A stretch of 64,000 nucleotides of DNA, taken from a virus. A program made the position numbers and the translations under genes. The stretch lies in the IMG/VR virus record IMGVR_UViG_3300031746_000001; one strand, 5' to 3'. How positions within the stretch are numbered: the stretch's first letter is position 1; each line of letters starts with the position of its first letter. The notes below the pieces were generated by a model. It was given only the letters and a program-made list of their open reading frames with translations, made no database searches and was not told the origin of the DNA. This document shows positions 8,654 to 18,032 of this stretch, one piece after another.

Positions 8654-8697
8654 TCTTACTGAGCCTTGGTTGTTTTTTGCATAAATTGAAAGACCAC
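7863..8697 (-). mobile_element. Homing-endonuclease cassette (recoded sheath 3' end plus endonuclease gene) inserted in the tail sheath gene
   Basis: Deleting 7863..8697 restores an intact sheath gene (...GAG TTC|GTC GTG TTC CAG...) encoding an identical protein. Confidence 0.88.
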
Positions 8698-10227
8698 GAA
8701 CTCGGCTGGTCTCTGCGGTGCGATCCCCACCTTGATATAGAGGAATCCGGCCTCCACAGCCTCCGATGGGTTGTTGGTCTCGTCGCAGACCACGAAGAAG
8801 GCTTCCTCCGGGGTATTCCCTGCGAAGTAGCCCTCGTTGTAGTGGAACAACAGGAAGCTCTCCATCTGGAGCTTGGCCTTCAGCCGGGTCCCGGCGTCGT
8901 TATTCTCGAACACGATCCAGTGCGTGGCATCGAACGTGCTCTTCTCGAGGTACTGGAAAGTCCGCACGACCGACACGTAACGCCACAGGGTATCGAGGGA
9001 ACCCGTCCGGGCGCCCCAGACACAGCGGCCCGTCTGAGGGGTGCTGATCAGGGGGTTGATCCGTGCGGGGTAAATCAGATCCCGCTCGGCCTTCGTCAGC
9101 GTCCGCTCGAGATCGATGATCCCGGACAATGCCCCATCCGTGATCCCGGCAGGCGCCTTCGCCACGTTCCGGTTGTTGTCCGTCGCGGCATAGACCCCGG
9201 CGACCAGCCCGACGTTCGGGAACAGCTTCGGCCTGCCGAGGTTGAGCGGGTCCTGAATCTTCACCCAGGGATAGTAGACGGCATACCGCTGGGAGTTCTT
9301 GTTGAGGGTCGTCCGCATGAACGTCAGGGAGTCCTGCGGAGAAAGCCCGCTCGGGGTCTGGCAGATGGCGAAGACATACTTGCGGTAGTCGGCGTAGTCG
9401 ATCAACGCCCCCTGCACTGCCGCCGCTGTCGCGCCATCGGTATACCACATCTGGTCCGGAGCCACGAGCATGAACATCTCGTCGATGCTGTTGAGGCTTG
9501 CGAGAGCCCCGGACTGCGATGTCCCCCAGATGGCCTGGGTGGGCGCCGTCCCCTCCGTTCCGCCCGAGCAGGACGTTCCGGAAGGAAGCGCCGCGGGCAC
9601 TCCACCGATCCCCTTCTCCACCCAGATGAAGTTCGACCCGGCGTTGATCACCTCCGGGAAATACTGCGGAGAAGCGGCATCGACGAAGTCGACTGCTGTG
9701 AACGCCTCGACCTGCAAGACCTCCGAGGCTGGGGCGTCCTGGTAGAACACAGCCACGTCATACTTGAGCGGGCTGTAGTCCTCGTTCGGGGTGACCGTGA
9801 TCACGATCCGGTTGCCCCACTTCCCGGGCTCCTTGAGAGTGGTCTTCCCGTACCACTTCCCAGCCCAGATCGTCCACTCGTTGGACGGGGTGACGTGCTT
9901 GGCTGTTATGGCGTCCGCTCCGACCAGCCGGGCGATATAAGCCCGCAGACCGCCCTTGTTGAAGAACATGGCCACCGACTGGGGCAGGTCGAAGAACTCG
10001 TAGACCGTGCCGCCGTCGGTGTAGCGGTTCATTCTGCCGAACTTGGTCTCGTAGTCGGCATAGCCCGTGATGAACAACGGGTACGGAGCGTTGCTGATAA
10101 GAGCGTCGACCGGGCCCCGCTCAGCGATACCAGGGAACACGCAGGTGGACGTCCCGACACCAGCTATCGCCCTGGCGCCTTCGCTCTTTTCCTGGATATA
10201 GATTCCAGGCGACAGATATTCGGGCAT
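8656..10227 (-). CDS. Tail sheath protein (T4 gp18/FI-like)
   Basis: MPEYLSPGIYIQE, FFNKGG, YAVYYPW, KAPAG, INPL, VWGART, WRYVSV, WIVFENND, FFVVCD, PAEFVVF. Confidence 0.97.
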   Translation of the reverse strand: MPEYLSPGIYIQEKSEGARAIAGVGTSTCVFPGIAERGPVDALISNAPYPLFITGYADYETKFGRMNRYTDGGTVYEFFDLPQSVAMFFNKGGLRAYIARLVGADAITAKHVTPSNEWTIWAGKWYGKTTLKEPGKWGNRIVITVTPNEDYSPLKYDVAVFYQDAPASEVLQVEAFTAVDFVDAASPQYFPEVINAGSNFIWVEKGIGGVPAALPSGTSCSGGTEGTAPTQAIWGTSQSGALASLNSIDEMFMLVAPDQMWYTDGATAAAVQGALIDYADYRKYVFAICQTPSGLSPQDSLTFMRTTLNKNSQRYAVYYPWVKIQDPLNLGRPKLFPNVGLVAGVYAATDNNRNVAKAPAGITDGALSGIIDLERTLTKAERDLIYPARINPLISTPQTGRCVWGARTGSLDTLWRYVSVVRTFQYLEKSTFDATHWIVFENNDAGTRLKAKLQMESFLLFHYNEGYFAGNTPEEAFFVVCDETNNPSEAVEAGFLYIKVGIAPQRPAEFVVFQFMQKTTKAQ

Positions 10228-10230
10228 GAC

Positions 10231-10617
10231 TTATCCTCCTCCTCTCAGTTTTCTGTTCTCGGTCTTTGTTTCATGCGGTCTGGTTGGCGGGACTTCCACT
10301 CTCACGGTCTCCTCAGCCTTCAAGGCGCCCGGTTCGACCTTCGGCTCGGGCGGCGGTGTGGGCTTCAGAGGTGGAGGTGTTACGTCCGGCTTTCTCTCGT
10401 GCGGCACGTGTTGTGCGACGCCGACCACCAGGGTTTCGCCTTCGATCTCCCCGACATACACAAGCCGACCACAGTCGAGCAGAGGCTTGTTCGGAGCGAA
10501 GGACGGCGGCGTCGTGGTCTGGTGGTTTCCATAATGCCGGATGTAGCAAACCGTCCCGTCCTTCTCCGTAAACTTAACGACTTGTGGTGTCGTCGATGTG
10601 TATCGATATTTTTTCAT
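10231..10617 (-). CDS. Hypothetical virion-module protein with Pro-rich C-terminus
   Basis: Tightly packed ORF upstream of the sheath gene. Confidence 0.6.
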   Translation of the reverse strand: MKKYRYTSTTPQVVKFTEKDGTVCYIRHYGNHQTTTPPSFAPNKPLLDCGRLVYVGEIEGETLVVGVAQHVPHERKPDVTPPPLKPTPPPEPKVEPGALKAEETVRVEVPPTRPHETKTENRKLRGGG

Positions 10618-11360
10618 GACGGTTGAGCCCCCTGATCAAAGGTTAAGTCTACTTCTCCCACGCCTCTCTCCTCTCTTTCTGGATGGAGATCGAACTCCCC
10701 CTGCACCCGAATGCTCGCACCGAAGGCAACGTCTCTCTTGGCTAACGACACGAGGTTGGTCAAATCCTCCACGCCCTCGAGGATGAAGTCGTAGCCTCGT
10801 TCCGCTCCGATGGAGTCCCACACGGAGATTGCCCCGAGGGGATGGAACTTCCTGAGCATAAAACGGAACATGATCGCCCCCTGCCCCTGATTCCGAGCAT
10901 GTCCCTGGATGCTGTAGGGGATATCCCACTGATATGACGCATCCCTCTCTGCGTAATGAGAATACCCCACCCCGGAGGGCACACCCCCGGAGGCCGGGAC
11001 CCGGAAGGCCAGCTTCCCGACTTCGAACCGATCCATCGCCAGAACAGGGCTTCCCCGCTTGACCACGTAGGACGGGATGATGTAATCCCGCAGGGCCGTC
11101 TCCGGGTTGGTGACGTGAATCAAAACCTCGAGGGACCCTCCCCCCTGCCCCAACCCCGGAACGACCACAGTGTAGCACGATCCCCCAGAAGGCACGACCG
11201 GAGTCCTGGCTAGGTCGATCCCCATCGAAGTCGCCCTTGCCGGAGTCATTAAAACGACCGTCCCGCCGAGGCTCCTCGCCACGCCCTCGTCGAAGTGCCT
11301 TAGAAAAACATCCCCAATCCTGTTCCCGATGATATGCGGGTCTGTGGGCACCCACGGCAC
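10614..11360 (-). CDS. Putative tail terminator/completion protein
   Basis: Position upstream of sheath; beta-rich pattern WDIPYSIQGHAR, SIRVQGEFD. Confidence 0.5.
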   Translation of the reverse strand: MPWVPTDPHIIGNRIGDVFLRHFDEGVARSLGGTVVLMTPARATSMGIDLARTPVVPSGGSCYTVVVPGLGQGGGSLEVLIHVTNPETALRDYIIPSYVVKRGSPVLAMDRFEVGKLAFRVPASGGVPSGVGYSHYAERDASYQWDIPYSIQGHARNQGQGAIMFRFMLRKFHPLGAISVWDSIGAERGYDFILEGVEDLTNLVSLAKRDVAFGASIRVQGEFDLHPEREERGVGEVDLTFDQGAQPS

Positions 11361-11370
11361 GTTCTTTCTC

Positions 11371-12177
11371 CTATGCTCCGATCAGCATCTTGACGAACTC
11401 CTCAGACTCCTCCATCAGCTCTGCCGGAACCGCATTGGAGTCGACCTTAAGGTCATGCATCGAATAGTTACCGTCTTCCAGAATCGCATCCCGAAGTTTC
11501 GGGTCCCTCGCGATGATCCTGCGAACGAGAACCGGAACCATCGAGGTCATCAGCTTCCAGTGGTCGATGTATCGCTCCCCGGCCAACCCGAACTCGGTCT
11601 GAACAGCCTTATAGCCGAGATCCATGTAGATCGGGCGTCCCGATCCGATCAACCCCCAGCGAAGGGGGACCCCGTTAATAAACATCAGGTCGGCTACGTC
11701 TTTGGCGGTCGGGATGAGCTGTTCTCTTCGGACGACGACGTCATCAGGTGTCGTAGTGCGATAGAGAACCTTGTAGAACTCGAGGTCAGGGATAACAGGA
11801 ACCTGATCCATCGTCCACGGCTGATAATGTTCGTAGACTCCTCCCCATGCGGGGACCGTGGTTCCTTTGAGCTCGAAGTAGAGGAGGGTTGTGACGGCGT
11901 CCTTGTCATTGATGTTCTCCTCTTTCGCCTCACCATAGATCCCGGCGGCGATGACGTTATCTTCGATCATGTCTCTGTCTGGCTTTATGTCCCGCACCGA
12001 AAAGGCATCCCGGTAAAGGTCAAACTCCCCCTCCGGAAGAGCCCGCTTCAGAACTTTGAGACATTCCCTTGCGAGCTCCCGGATGAAGTGTCTCTTGAAC
12101 GCATCGAAACGCTGGTCGGCCTCCTGGAAGAAGGCCGCTATCCGAGCGTGGTCTGGACCTAAGAACTTGACAGGCAT
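11371..12177 (-). CDS. Putative neck/tail-completion protein
   Basis: 268-aa ORF in the head-tail joining region; function inferred from position only. Confidence 0.45.
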   Translation of the reverse strand: MPVKFLGPDHARIAAFFQEADQRFDAFKRHFIRELARECLKVLKRALPEGEFDLYRDAFSVRDIKPDRDMIEDNVIAAGIYGEAKEENINDKDAVTTLLYFELKGTTVPAWGGVYEHYQPWTMDQVPVIPDLEFYKVLYRTTTPDDVVVRREQLIPTAKDVADLMFINGVPLRWGLIGSGRPIYMDLGYKAVQTEFGLAGERYIDHWKLMTSMVPVLVRRIIARDPKLRDAILEDGNYSMHDLKVDSNAVPAELMEESEEFVKMLIGA

Positions 12178-12180
12178 CGG

Positions 12181-12567
12181 TTACCTTAACTCCGGAAGAC
12201 TTCCCATGAGCTCGAGTTCCTTCGCCCTATCCTGAGCACGGAGCTTGCCTTCAGCGGCCGTGATGATCATCCAAAGCTGGTAGTCCTTGAATGATCCCTC
12301 CCGCCAATGGTATTGATTACGCTTGATCCCCTTCCAGGTCAACAGGATTCTCCCGCCGTAATTTTTAAGGTATCCATATTTCAGAAGCTGAGCAAACGTT
12401 ATCTTCTGGGCCGCCTGAAGCCGATCGAGATAGGGCTCCCCTTTCAAGGCCTTCGCCGTTAAGAAGATCGCCCTGATCATGTGCGCCAGAAGAGGAGGAA
12501 CCTTCCTGAGCTTCTTGAGGTAAGCGAAGGTAACGTCCGACCCTGGATACTTGATCTCTCCTGGCAC
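12181..12567 (-). CDS. Hypothetical basic protein
   Basis: Co-oriented, tightly packed ORF. Confidence 0.6.
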   Translation of the reverse strand: MPGEIKYPGSDVTFAYLKKLRKVPPLLAHMIRAIFLTAKALKGEPYLDRLQAAQKITFAQLLKYGYLKNYGGRILLTWKGIKRNQYHWREGSFKDYQLWMIITAAEGKLRAQDRAKELELMGSLPELR

Positions 12568-12576
12568 TCACAGACC

Positions 12577-12888
12577 CTACCACTGATCGGTGATATCGGT
12601 AAGGGCGACGATCATAACGCTGGCTCTCCGGACGGCGTCCCGGAAGTTATTCGCTATCCGGGTTACCCGCTTGACATCCACAAGGCCCCGGCCTTTCACC
12701 TGTTCGTTGTAGAGATCATTGGCGAGCTTCTTGATCTCGTCCGTGATCTTCACGAGCTTCGAGACATTCTCTGCAATCTCGGCCTGTAGCTCTTCGGGAT
12801 CCCTGCTCCGGAGCCCCGCTTCCCCGGGAGAGACGGCAGACTTCAAGGTCTCCTCTGTCAATGCGACCGACTTAAGCAGGTCGTTCAT
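12577..12888 (-). CDS. Small protein with cargo-type leader (MNDLLKSVALTEETLKS|AV)
   Basis: Start reassigned to ATG 12888 (SD GAGGTG); leader similar to array members. Confidence 0.65.
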   Translation of the reverse strand: MNDLLKSVALTEETLKSAVSPGEAGLRSRDPEELQAEIAENVSKLVKITDEIKKLANDLYNEQVKGRGLVDVKRVTRIANNFRDAVRRASVMIVALTDITDQW

Positions 12889-13205
12889 TTGGTCACCTCG
12901 TTGAAAATGTCCATGAGGCCCTTCACCTGCCCGGCAAGGGTGATCCCGGACTTCATGCCCTTCCGGTGAAGCCGAGACTCCTTCTCCTTGCGGGACCTCG
13001 AGCGCATGGTGAGGCCGAGGTCGGACTTCACGACCCTCCGGGTAGCCCTGCGGGCGTCCCTGCTGAACGGGGACACAACCCTTCCTGACTGCACCGCGAC
13101 CTTCCGGTAAGGGACCCGCTTCCACTGCTTGAGATGGGTCTTCTCTCCGGAGACGACCGCAGACGTCAACGCCTGCACTCCACTCAACAAGACTTTCATG
13201 CTCAT
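12885..13205 (-). CDS. Small Arg/Lys-rich protein with cargo-type leader (MKVLLSGVQALTS|AV)
   Basis: Highly basic; overlapping start/stop with neighbours. Confidence 0.6.
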   Translation of the reverse strand: MSMKVLLSGVQALTSAVVSGEKTHLKQWKRVPYRKVAVQSGRVVSPFSRDARRATRRVVKSDLGLTMRSRSRKEKESRLHRKGMKSGITLAGQVKGLMDIFNEVTK

Positions 13206-13684
13206 GGTATTTTCTGCTCCCCTGGCGCATCGGCATGCCGTTTAAGTTCACAAGTCCAAAACATGTGGTCACCCGTCCCCCAGTAGAACTCCGTCGGTGT
13301 GACCTTCACAATATCATACTTCGTAAATAAGGGCTGTGGTGTATTCCAAACTAACAGGATATCTCCCCGCTTCGGAAGAGGCCAGCTATTGTCCTCAATG
13401 CTCTTCCGGGGCAGGTGGGCGAGCGCATCGATCTCCCCGATCCCTCCAACCTCGTTCTCCTCCCACGACCAGGTCGGCACTTCAAGATTCCCGATGATGT
13501 CGTAGGGTCCGGCAAAGACGAAGTCGGACTCCGTCGTGGGCTCCTGATACAGCGGGTCCTGAATCGAGGCCGCCCGATTGATCGAATAGAAGGAGATATG
13601 AAACCCGCTGAGGGCGGGAACCTCCTGGGCGACACCGTCGAACATCCTCCGATCACGTGGATTTTCAAAGAATCTATCGGCCAT
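13202..13684 (-). CDS. Neck/head-closure protein (T4 gp14-like)
   Basis: ISFYSI...DPLYQE...PKRGDIL pattern; start MADRFF at 13684. Confidence 0.65.
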   Translation of the reverse strand: MADRFFENPRDRRMFDGVAQEVPALSGFHISFYSINRAASIQDPLYQEPTTESDFVFAGPYDIIGNLEVPTWSWEENEVGGIGEIDALAHLPRKSIEDNSWPLPKRGDILLVWNTPQPLFTKYDIVKVTPTEFYWGTGDHMFWTCELKRHADAPGEQKIP

Positions 13685-14264
13685 GTGAAAGCAGTTCCAG
13701 GATGTGCTCGAGGTGGCTGTCAATCCCCACAGTGAAGTAAGGGCTGTCGATCGGCTTCAGGTGAACGGGGTCATCGTAAGACTGCTCCTTATCCTGCCGG
13801 ATGGTCTCCCACTCCCCCGTCCCTTGAGCCTTCTCAACCTGCACGAGATAGGCGACATCGTTCAGCATCCCGAGGACCCGATTGAACTGCTCCGTGGAGG
13901 TCTCATCGGAGAGCTCCCGGGCGATCTCCAACATATCCTTCTTCGGAACGTAGTAGCGGTATCGCTTCTTGTCTGCCCGCTGAACTTCAAAGAACGGATC
14001 GCCCGAGTCGGGCTCGATCAAACGGACGCTGAACGAATCCTCGGTCTTGAGGTGATCCCCGACTTCCTTCTGCCCACTCGCCCGTTTCTTGAGGGTCTCA
14101 ATTCCCTTCGCCTTGTCGAACCGGAAATCATCGAGAAAGCTCTTAGTGAACCGCTGGCTGGGAAACCAGTATTGAGTGAGCCCGCCGTCTTTGTCCTGCA
14201 GGACGACGAACCAGCCCTTGCTGTCCGACCCGACTTCGTGAAGAGTGAGCCCTTCGGGATCCAC
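13674..14264 (-). CDS. Hypothetical protein
   Basis: 196-aa co-oriented ORF. Confidence 0.6.
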   Translation of the reverse strand: MDPEGLTLHEVGSDSKGWFVVLQDKDGGLTQYWFPSQRFTKSFLDDFRFDKAKGIETLKKRASGQKEVGDHLKTEDSFSVRLIEPDSGDPFFEVQRADKKRYRYYVPKKDMLEIARELSDETSTEQFNRVLGMLNDVAYLVQVEKAQGTGEWETIRQDKEQSYDDPVHLKPIDSPYFTVGIDSHLEHILELLSHGR

Positions 14265-14777
14265 TCATTTCCCCCGCTTCTCGTAGGATTCGTAGGAGAT
14301 CGCTTCCAGGTTGGAATTCCCCCGAATGAACCGCTCGGCCTCAAAGCCAGTCATGATAACGGCGTCCTCGGGATCCTCCGTATAGTTACCCGGCCCCTTC
14401 GGGGTAAGCCACAGGCCCCGCCCGATCAGCCGAACCATATACTCATCCTGACCACGAAGGCGATTCCCAAAGGCATCCCTCGTCACGAGGTTCTCGAGCT
14501 TCTCATCATCCGTCACCCTCATGGCGTGGGGACGCTGTTTGATCGTGTCCAGAACCCCGAGCGTGTCGTCCACGATCTTCCTGAGATTGTCCAACCCTAA
14601 TCCTCCTCCCCCTCTACGAAACCGAACCGTGAAACCGATCCCTTGTAGATCATCATCTGCGGGCGTGTGTCCTGCTTCATCTGCCTTGTCGACAAACCGA
14701 ACAGCAGGGGCGGGGAGCTTGGCCGGGGTTTCTAGGAGCTCTCGAAGGGAGGTGAGAGCTGGAGCAATGGAACCCAT
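14265..14777 (-). CDS. Hypothetical protein
   Basis: Co-oriented ORF; probable start MGSIAPAL. Confidence 0.6.
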   Translation of the reverse strand: MGSIAPALTSLRELLETPAKLPAPAVRFVDKADEAGHTPADDDLQGIGFTVRFRRGGGGLGLDNLRKIVDDTLGVLDTIKQRPHAMRVTDDEKLENLVTRDAFGNRLRGQDEYMVRLIGRGLWLTPKGPGNYTEDPEDAVIMTGFEAERFIRGNSNLEAISYESYEKRGK

Positions 14778-14804
14778 GAAGAAGACCCCCCGCCCCAAAA
14801 CTGT

Positions 14805-15149
14805 TTAGGTGATCGTAAGGTAGAAGCCCGTCATGACCAGGATGGCGATCACGAAGGACATCGTACCGGCGTAGGCATCGAGCCCCACCGTCGCGATATC
14901 ACCCTGAGCCGCGATGACGGCGTCCAGGTACGTCTTGAGGGCGCCCGTCACGGTGGCGTCGATCGCCACCACGAGAGCGGCCATGTTCGCCACGGCAACC
15001 GTGGTGTCCGGAGCCAGGTACTGCTTGACAGCCGGAACGAGATCGCCGAGACGGAAGTCCAGCGTCTCCTGCCCCACGTGGACGGCCTGGTAGGCTCCGC
15101 CTGGGGCGTATTTGCCACCGATCTGACCCTGCACTACTGTGAACGTCAT
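14805..15149 (-). CDS. Putative small virion structural/decoration protein
   Basis: Strong SD AGGAGG, strongly biased codons, Ala/Val/Thr-rich. Confidence 0.5.
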   Translation of the reverse strand: MTFTVVQGQIGGKYAPGGAYQAVHVGQETLDFRLGDLVPAVKQYLAPDTTVAVANMAALVVAIDATVTGALKTYLDAVIAAQGDIATVGLDAYAGTMSFVIAILVMTGFYLTIT

Positions 15150-15173
15150 TTCATCCTCCTTTTGGTTAAGTGA

Positions 15174-15887
15174 CTACCCCGTTAAAAACGGGATTTGTGA
15201 AGCCCTACTCAGGCTATCCTCTTCGGTCTCCTTGAGTTCTTCAGAGGATTCTTCCAACAACCTGTCGGCGTCCATCTCGACTGGACCGCCTGGCCCAGGG
15301 TACTGCTTATACTTCCCCCTGATCCTTCCGAGCATCTGCTTACATCGCGCTGTCACCCTCCGAGCGTAGAGATCAATATCTGCGGCCGCTTGAAGGTCCT
15401 CGATCTTCGTTGCCAGGATCCAGGCGTCGTAAAACAACGTGCCGATCGTCTGTGGGAGCTTCCAGGTCCGCAGAATCCTGGTCCCGGGGTCATACTCCCA
15501 TCCGGTGCCTCCGGCGATCCGCCCGAGCGTCTCGGAGTGCTGAAGGTAGAGAACGAGAGCGGAAAACCGATGCCCCAACCTCCGGTAGTCGTGCCCGACC
15601 TGCCAGAGAACGAATCCCGGGAGATCGAACGAGAACTGACCGAGGTAATCCAAACCCGCATAGACGTTGCTCACCCCGATCGTCCCACTCGGCAGGGTAT
15701 GCTCCTCATACGCCCAGTTCCCGACCGGGATTTCCAGAGACAGAACCTCCGATCCCAGCCTCGTGTTGAACCACCGCAGGGCATCCCTCAAAGCCGCCTG
15801 CCAGTGTTCCTCCTCGAGCTCGACGGCGACCTTCGTCCCGAACCCGAGCTTGGCGAATACTTCCTGCTTGAGCTCGGCCTCGGTCAT
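15174..15887 (-). CDS. Neck/head-tail adaptor (T4 gp13-like)
   Basis: KLG...VELEEEH, ALRWF, CKQMLGRIRGKY, PGPGGPVEMDAD, PFLTG. Confidence 0.82.
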   Translation of the reverse strand: MTEAELKQEVFAKLGFGTKVAVELEEEHWQAALRDALRWFNTRLGSEVLSLEIPVGNWAYEEHTLPSGTIGVSNVYAGLDYLGQFSFDLPGFVLWQVGHDYRRLGHRFSALVLYLQHSETLGRIAGGTGWEYDPGTRILRTWKLPQTIGTLFYDAWILATKIEDLQAAADIDLYARRVTARCKQMLGRIRGKYKQYPGPGGPVEMDADRLLEESSEELKETEEDSLSRASQIPFLTG

Positions 15888-15889
15888 CT

Positions 15890-15905
15890 CTGCTGGCGCC
15901 AGCGG
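15890..15905. repeat. Dispersed palindrome copy (CTGCTGGCGCCAGCGG)
   Basis: Lies in the 21-nt gap between genes 15174-15887 and 15909-16565. Confidence 0.8.
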
Positions 15906-15908
15906 AGG

Positions 15909-16565
15909 TTAAACATACGCCGTACCCCGCCCGCCTTTCTTGCTGTGTGTCTTGGAGGCCACCTGGACGGGCTTCGTCCCGGGTTTGTCCGGCTTGACCG
16001 GGGAACCCGCCTTCTGACCGGGTTTGGGAGGCACGGGAGCCTCTTTCTTACCCCCCTGGGCTTCACCAGGGGCTTCTGGTGGGGTTTTGGCCCCCGACCC
16101 GGCCTCCGACCCCTCCGTCCCGGCCTTCCCCTCCTTTGGGGGCTTTCCCCCCTCAGCCTTCGGCGCCTCCGGAGCATGCGTGTGGAGTGGCGTTTCCACG
16201 GCCTCGGTCATCGCTGACTGTAGGCCATCCCCGACCCCTAAAACGACTTCCTGCGGAGGTTCGGACGCAGGCGACATGGCGGGAGCCGGAGTTACCGGAG
16301 GCGCAGGCTGAGGTATAGGCGACGCCCCAGAGGAGCCTATCCCTTCGACAGGTCCAGGAACCGGCTCGTCGGATGCCGGAACCTGTTGCACAGGAGGTGG
16401 AGGTGCCGACAAGGGATTGCCGGAGGCGTCGCATTCTATCAAACGGTCATCCGGAGGGATCGCATAGATCGCCCAGTGGTCGCCTTCGATGACCATGCCG
16501 GAGGAGAACATATTCCCCCCGCAGGAGATCTGGCCGTATTTTGAATTCTTCTTCCAGTATCTCAT
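15909..16565 (-). CDS. Protein with a small N-terminal domain and a long Pro/Ala/Glu/Lys low-complexity tail
   Basis: Composition seen directly. Confidence 0.6.
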   Translation of the reverse strand: MRYWKKNSKYGQISCGGNMFSSGMVIEGDHWAIYAIPPDDRLIECDASGNPLSAPPPPVQQVPASDEPVPGPVEGIGSSGASPIPQPAPPVTPAPAMSPASEPPQEVVLGVGDGLQSAMTEAVETPLHTHAPEAPKAEGGKPPKEGKAGTEGSEAGSGAKTPPEAPGEAQGGKKEAPVPPKPGQKAGSPVKPDKPGTKPVQVASKTHSKKGGRGTAYV

Positions 16566-16568
16566 CCC

Positions 16569-16886
16569 CTAAACCCTTTCTATCACGTCGGGAAGAATGT
16601 CTTTCACGGCATCGGCAATCGCCTGGATGTCGGATCGTGGAATCTTCTCCGCGACCCGATCCCCGATCCGTCTCGACTTTCCACGGAGCTCGTCCACGCC
16701 CTCGAGATGATAGCCGATCCCCGAGGCGATCCATATCTTCACGGAGTCGGGAGAGGCGAGCCACCGCAAGATAGAGTTAATATCCACGGCACTCTGGACC
16801 GGATTCTCCTTCACGGGATACCCCAGAAACCTTGCCCCTCCGACCATCTGATCGATCGAAGTTACTGCCAAGAGAAGTTCATTCAT
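16569..16886 (-). CDS. Leader-array protein (MNELLLAVTSIDQMVGGAR)
   Basis: SD AGGAGG; shared leader. Confidence 0.7.
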   Translation of the reverse strand: MNELLLAVTSIDQMVGGARFLGYPVKENPVQSAVDINSILRWLASPDSVKIWIASGIGYHLEGVDELRGKSRRIGDRVAEKIPRSDIQAIADAVKDILPDVIERV

Positions 16887-16894
16887 AAGTCCTC

Positions 16895-17170
16895 CTATGC
16901 CGTCATTGAGGCCCGAACAAGGTCCAGAAGCAGGGACTGGTTATTCGCCAGATCATGGAGCTTCTGCCGAGTCCCTTCCAGGTACTGCACGTCTATAAGT
17001 GCTACCAACCGATGGGATAATTTCACGCTCACCTTCTGATCAACCCCGGCGAACCTGAGATCGTTGGAAATGCCTCCCGAAAGCATCCCCACGATGTTGT
17101 GAAAGTCTATTCCCCGAAGGTAGTGCTCGACCTTCTGAACAACCCTTGCTTCCTCCGGTGTCATGTCCAT
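16895..17170 (-). CDS. Hypothetical protein within the array (no clear leader)
   Basis: Co-oriented ORF with SD. Confidence 0.6.
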   Translation of the reverse strand: MDMTPEEARVVQKVEHYLRGIDFHNIVGMLSGGISNDLRFAGVDQKVSVKLSHRLVALIDVQYLEGTRQKLHDLANNQSLLLDLVRASMTA

Positions 17171-17179
17171 AGCACCCTC

Positions 17180-17587
17180 TCATTGGGATTTGCTCCGAAA
17201 CAGCTTCTTGATCTGAGCGTCGGTGTAGTGCTTGACCTTATACATCGCGAGGTCATCGAGGGCCCCGTTGATCGAATGGTAGTTCTCGTTCTCGAGGATC
17301 TCCCACACCCGCTCCGAAAGGGAGCTAGGCTTAACCCCGAGCCTCCTAACGGCAACCTCTACGTTCTCCTTATAACCGTCCCAGTCCCCCCAGGGCCCCG
17401 AGGCGTCGTCCCAACCCTTGCTCCGCCAGATGTCCTCGTCGATCTTCATGAGCTCGGTCGCCAGCTTCTTGTCCCGCTGTGGCGTATCCTTCAGCCGGGC
17501 GTAAAACGGAGACTCCCCGAGGTCGTCCGTTGTGCGGACGCTTAGGAGCCCAGCAAGGGACCGAATCGCTTCAAGCAGGGTTCTCAT
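17180..17587 (-). CDS. Leader-array protein (MRTLLEAIRSLAGLLS|VR)
   Basis: Shared leader. Confidence 0.7.
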   Translation of the reverse strand: MRTLLEAIRSLAGLLSVRTTDDLGESPFYARLKDTPQRDKKLATELMKIDEDIWRSKGWDDASGPWGDWDGYKENVEVAVRRLGVKPSSLSERVWEILENENYHSINGALDDLAMYKVKHYTDAQIKKLFRSKSQ

Positions 17588-17590
17588 GGT

Positions 17591-18031
17591 CTACATGAAG
17601 AACTTCGTGAACTCGGGATCCTCGAGGGCGTTCGTATAGGCTCCCTCTTCCTCCGAGATCCGGCGAACTTCCTTCGGGTTGATCGCCTGCTTCTTGATGA
17701 TCTGGATGGCCTGCTCTTTGGTCATGTTCTCGTCTTCCAGCATGTCACCGATGTGCCTGGCATCTCTGAAGTCCCCGTAGAGGACGATCGCCAGGTCAGA
17801 GTAACCCTTCTGCCGGAGGGCTTCGATCCACGCATCGGCGAGCTCTGGGTTCGTGGCGAGGGCCGAGTGACCCCAGAAGCCGAACCCTCCCGAGATGTAA
17901 CGGCCAGCCCGCAGGAACTCCTTCGTGGAGAGCTTGTTCTTGATGTCCCAGATCGACCTCTCCCGAGCGTCAAAGAGCTCCTCCCCGCACATCGAAGCCA
18001 GAAGCTGAACGGCTCGAGTTTCCTTTTTCAT
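17591..18031 (-). CDS. Leader-array protein, CGE subtype (AVQLLASMCGE)
   Basis: Shares AVxxLxx(L/M)CGE with the genes at 19814 and 20692. Confidence 0.7.
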   Translation of the reverse strand: MKKETRAVQLLASMCGEELFDARERSIWDIKNKLSTKEFLRAGRYISGGFGFWGHSALATNPELADAWIEALRQKGYSDLAIVLYGDFRDARHIGDMLEDENMTKEQAIQIIKKQAINPKEVRRISEEEGAYTNALEDPEFTKFFM

Positions 18032-18032
18032 G

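Noticed and set aside
7863-8697. Group I intron in the tail sheath gene
   Set aside because: The insert is almost entirely coding with no room for a ribozyme core, no junction gives exon-U with intron-terminal G, and the upstream ORF is already complete without splicing.
828-10227. Extracellular contractile injection system or tailocin
   Set aside because: Capsid, portal, protease and terminase genes are present, so this is a phage.
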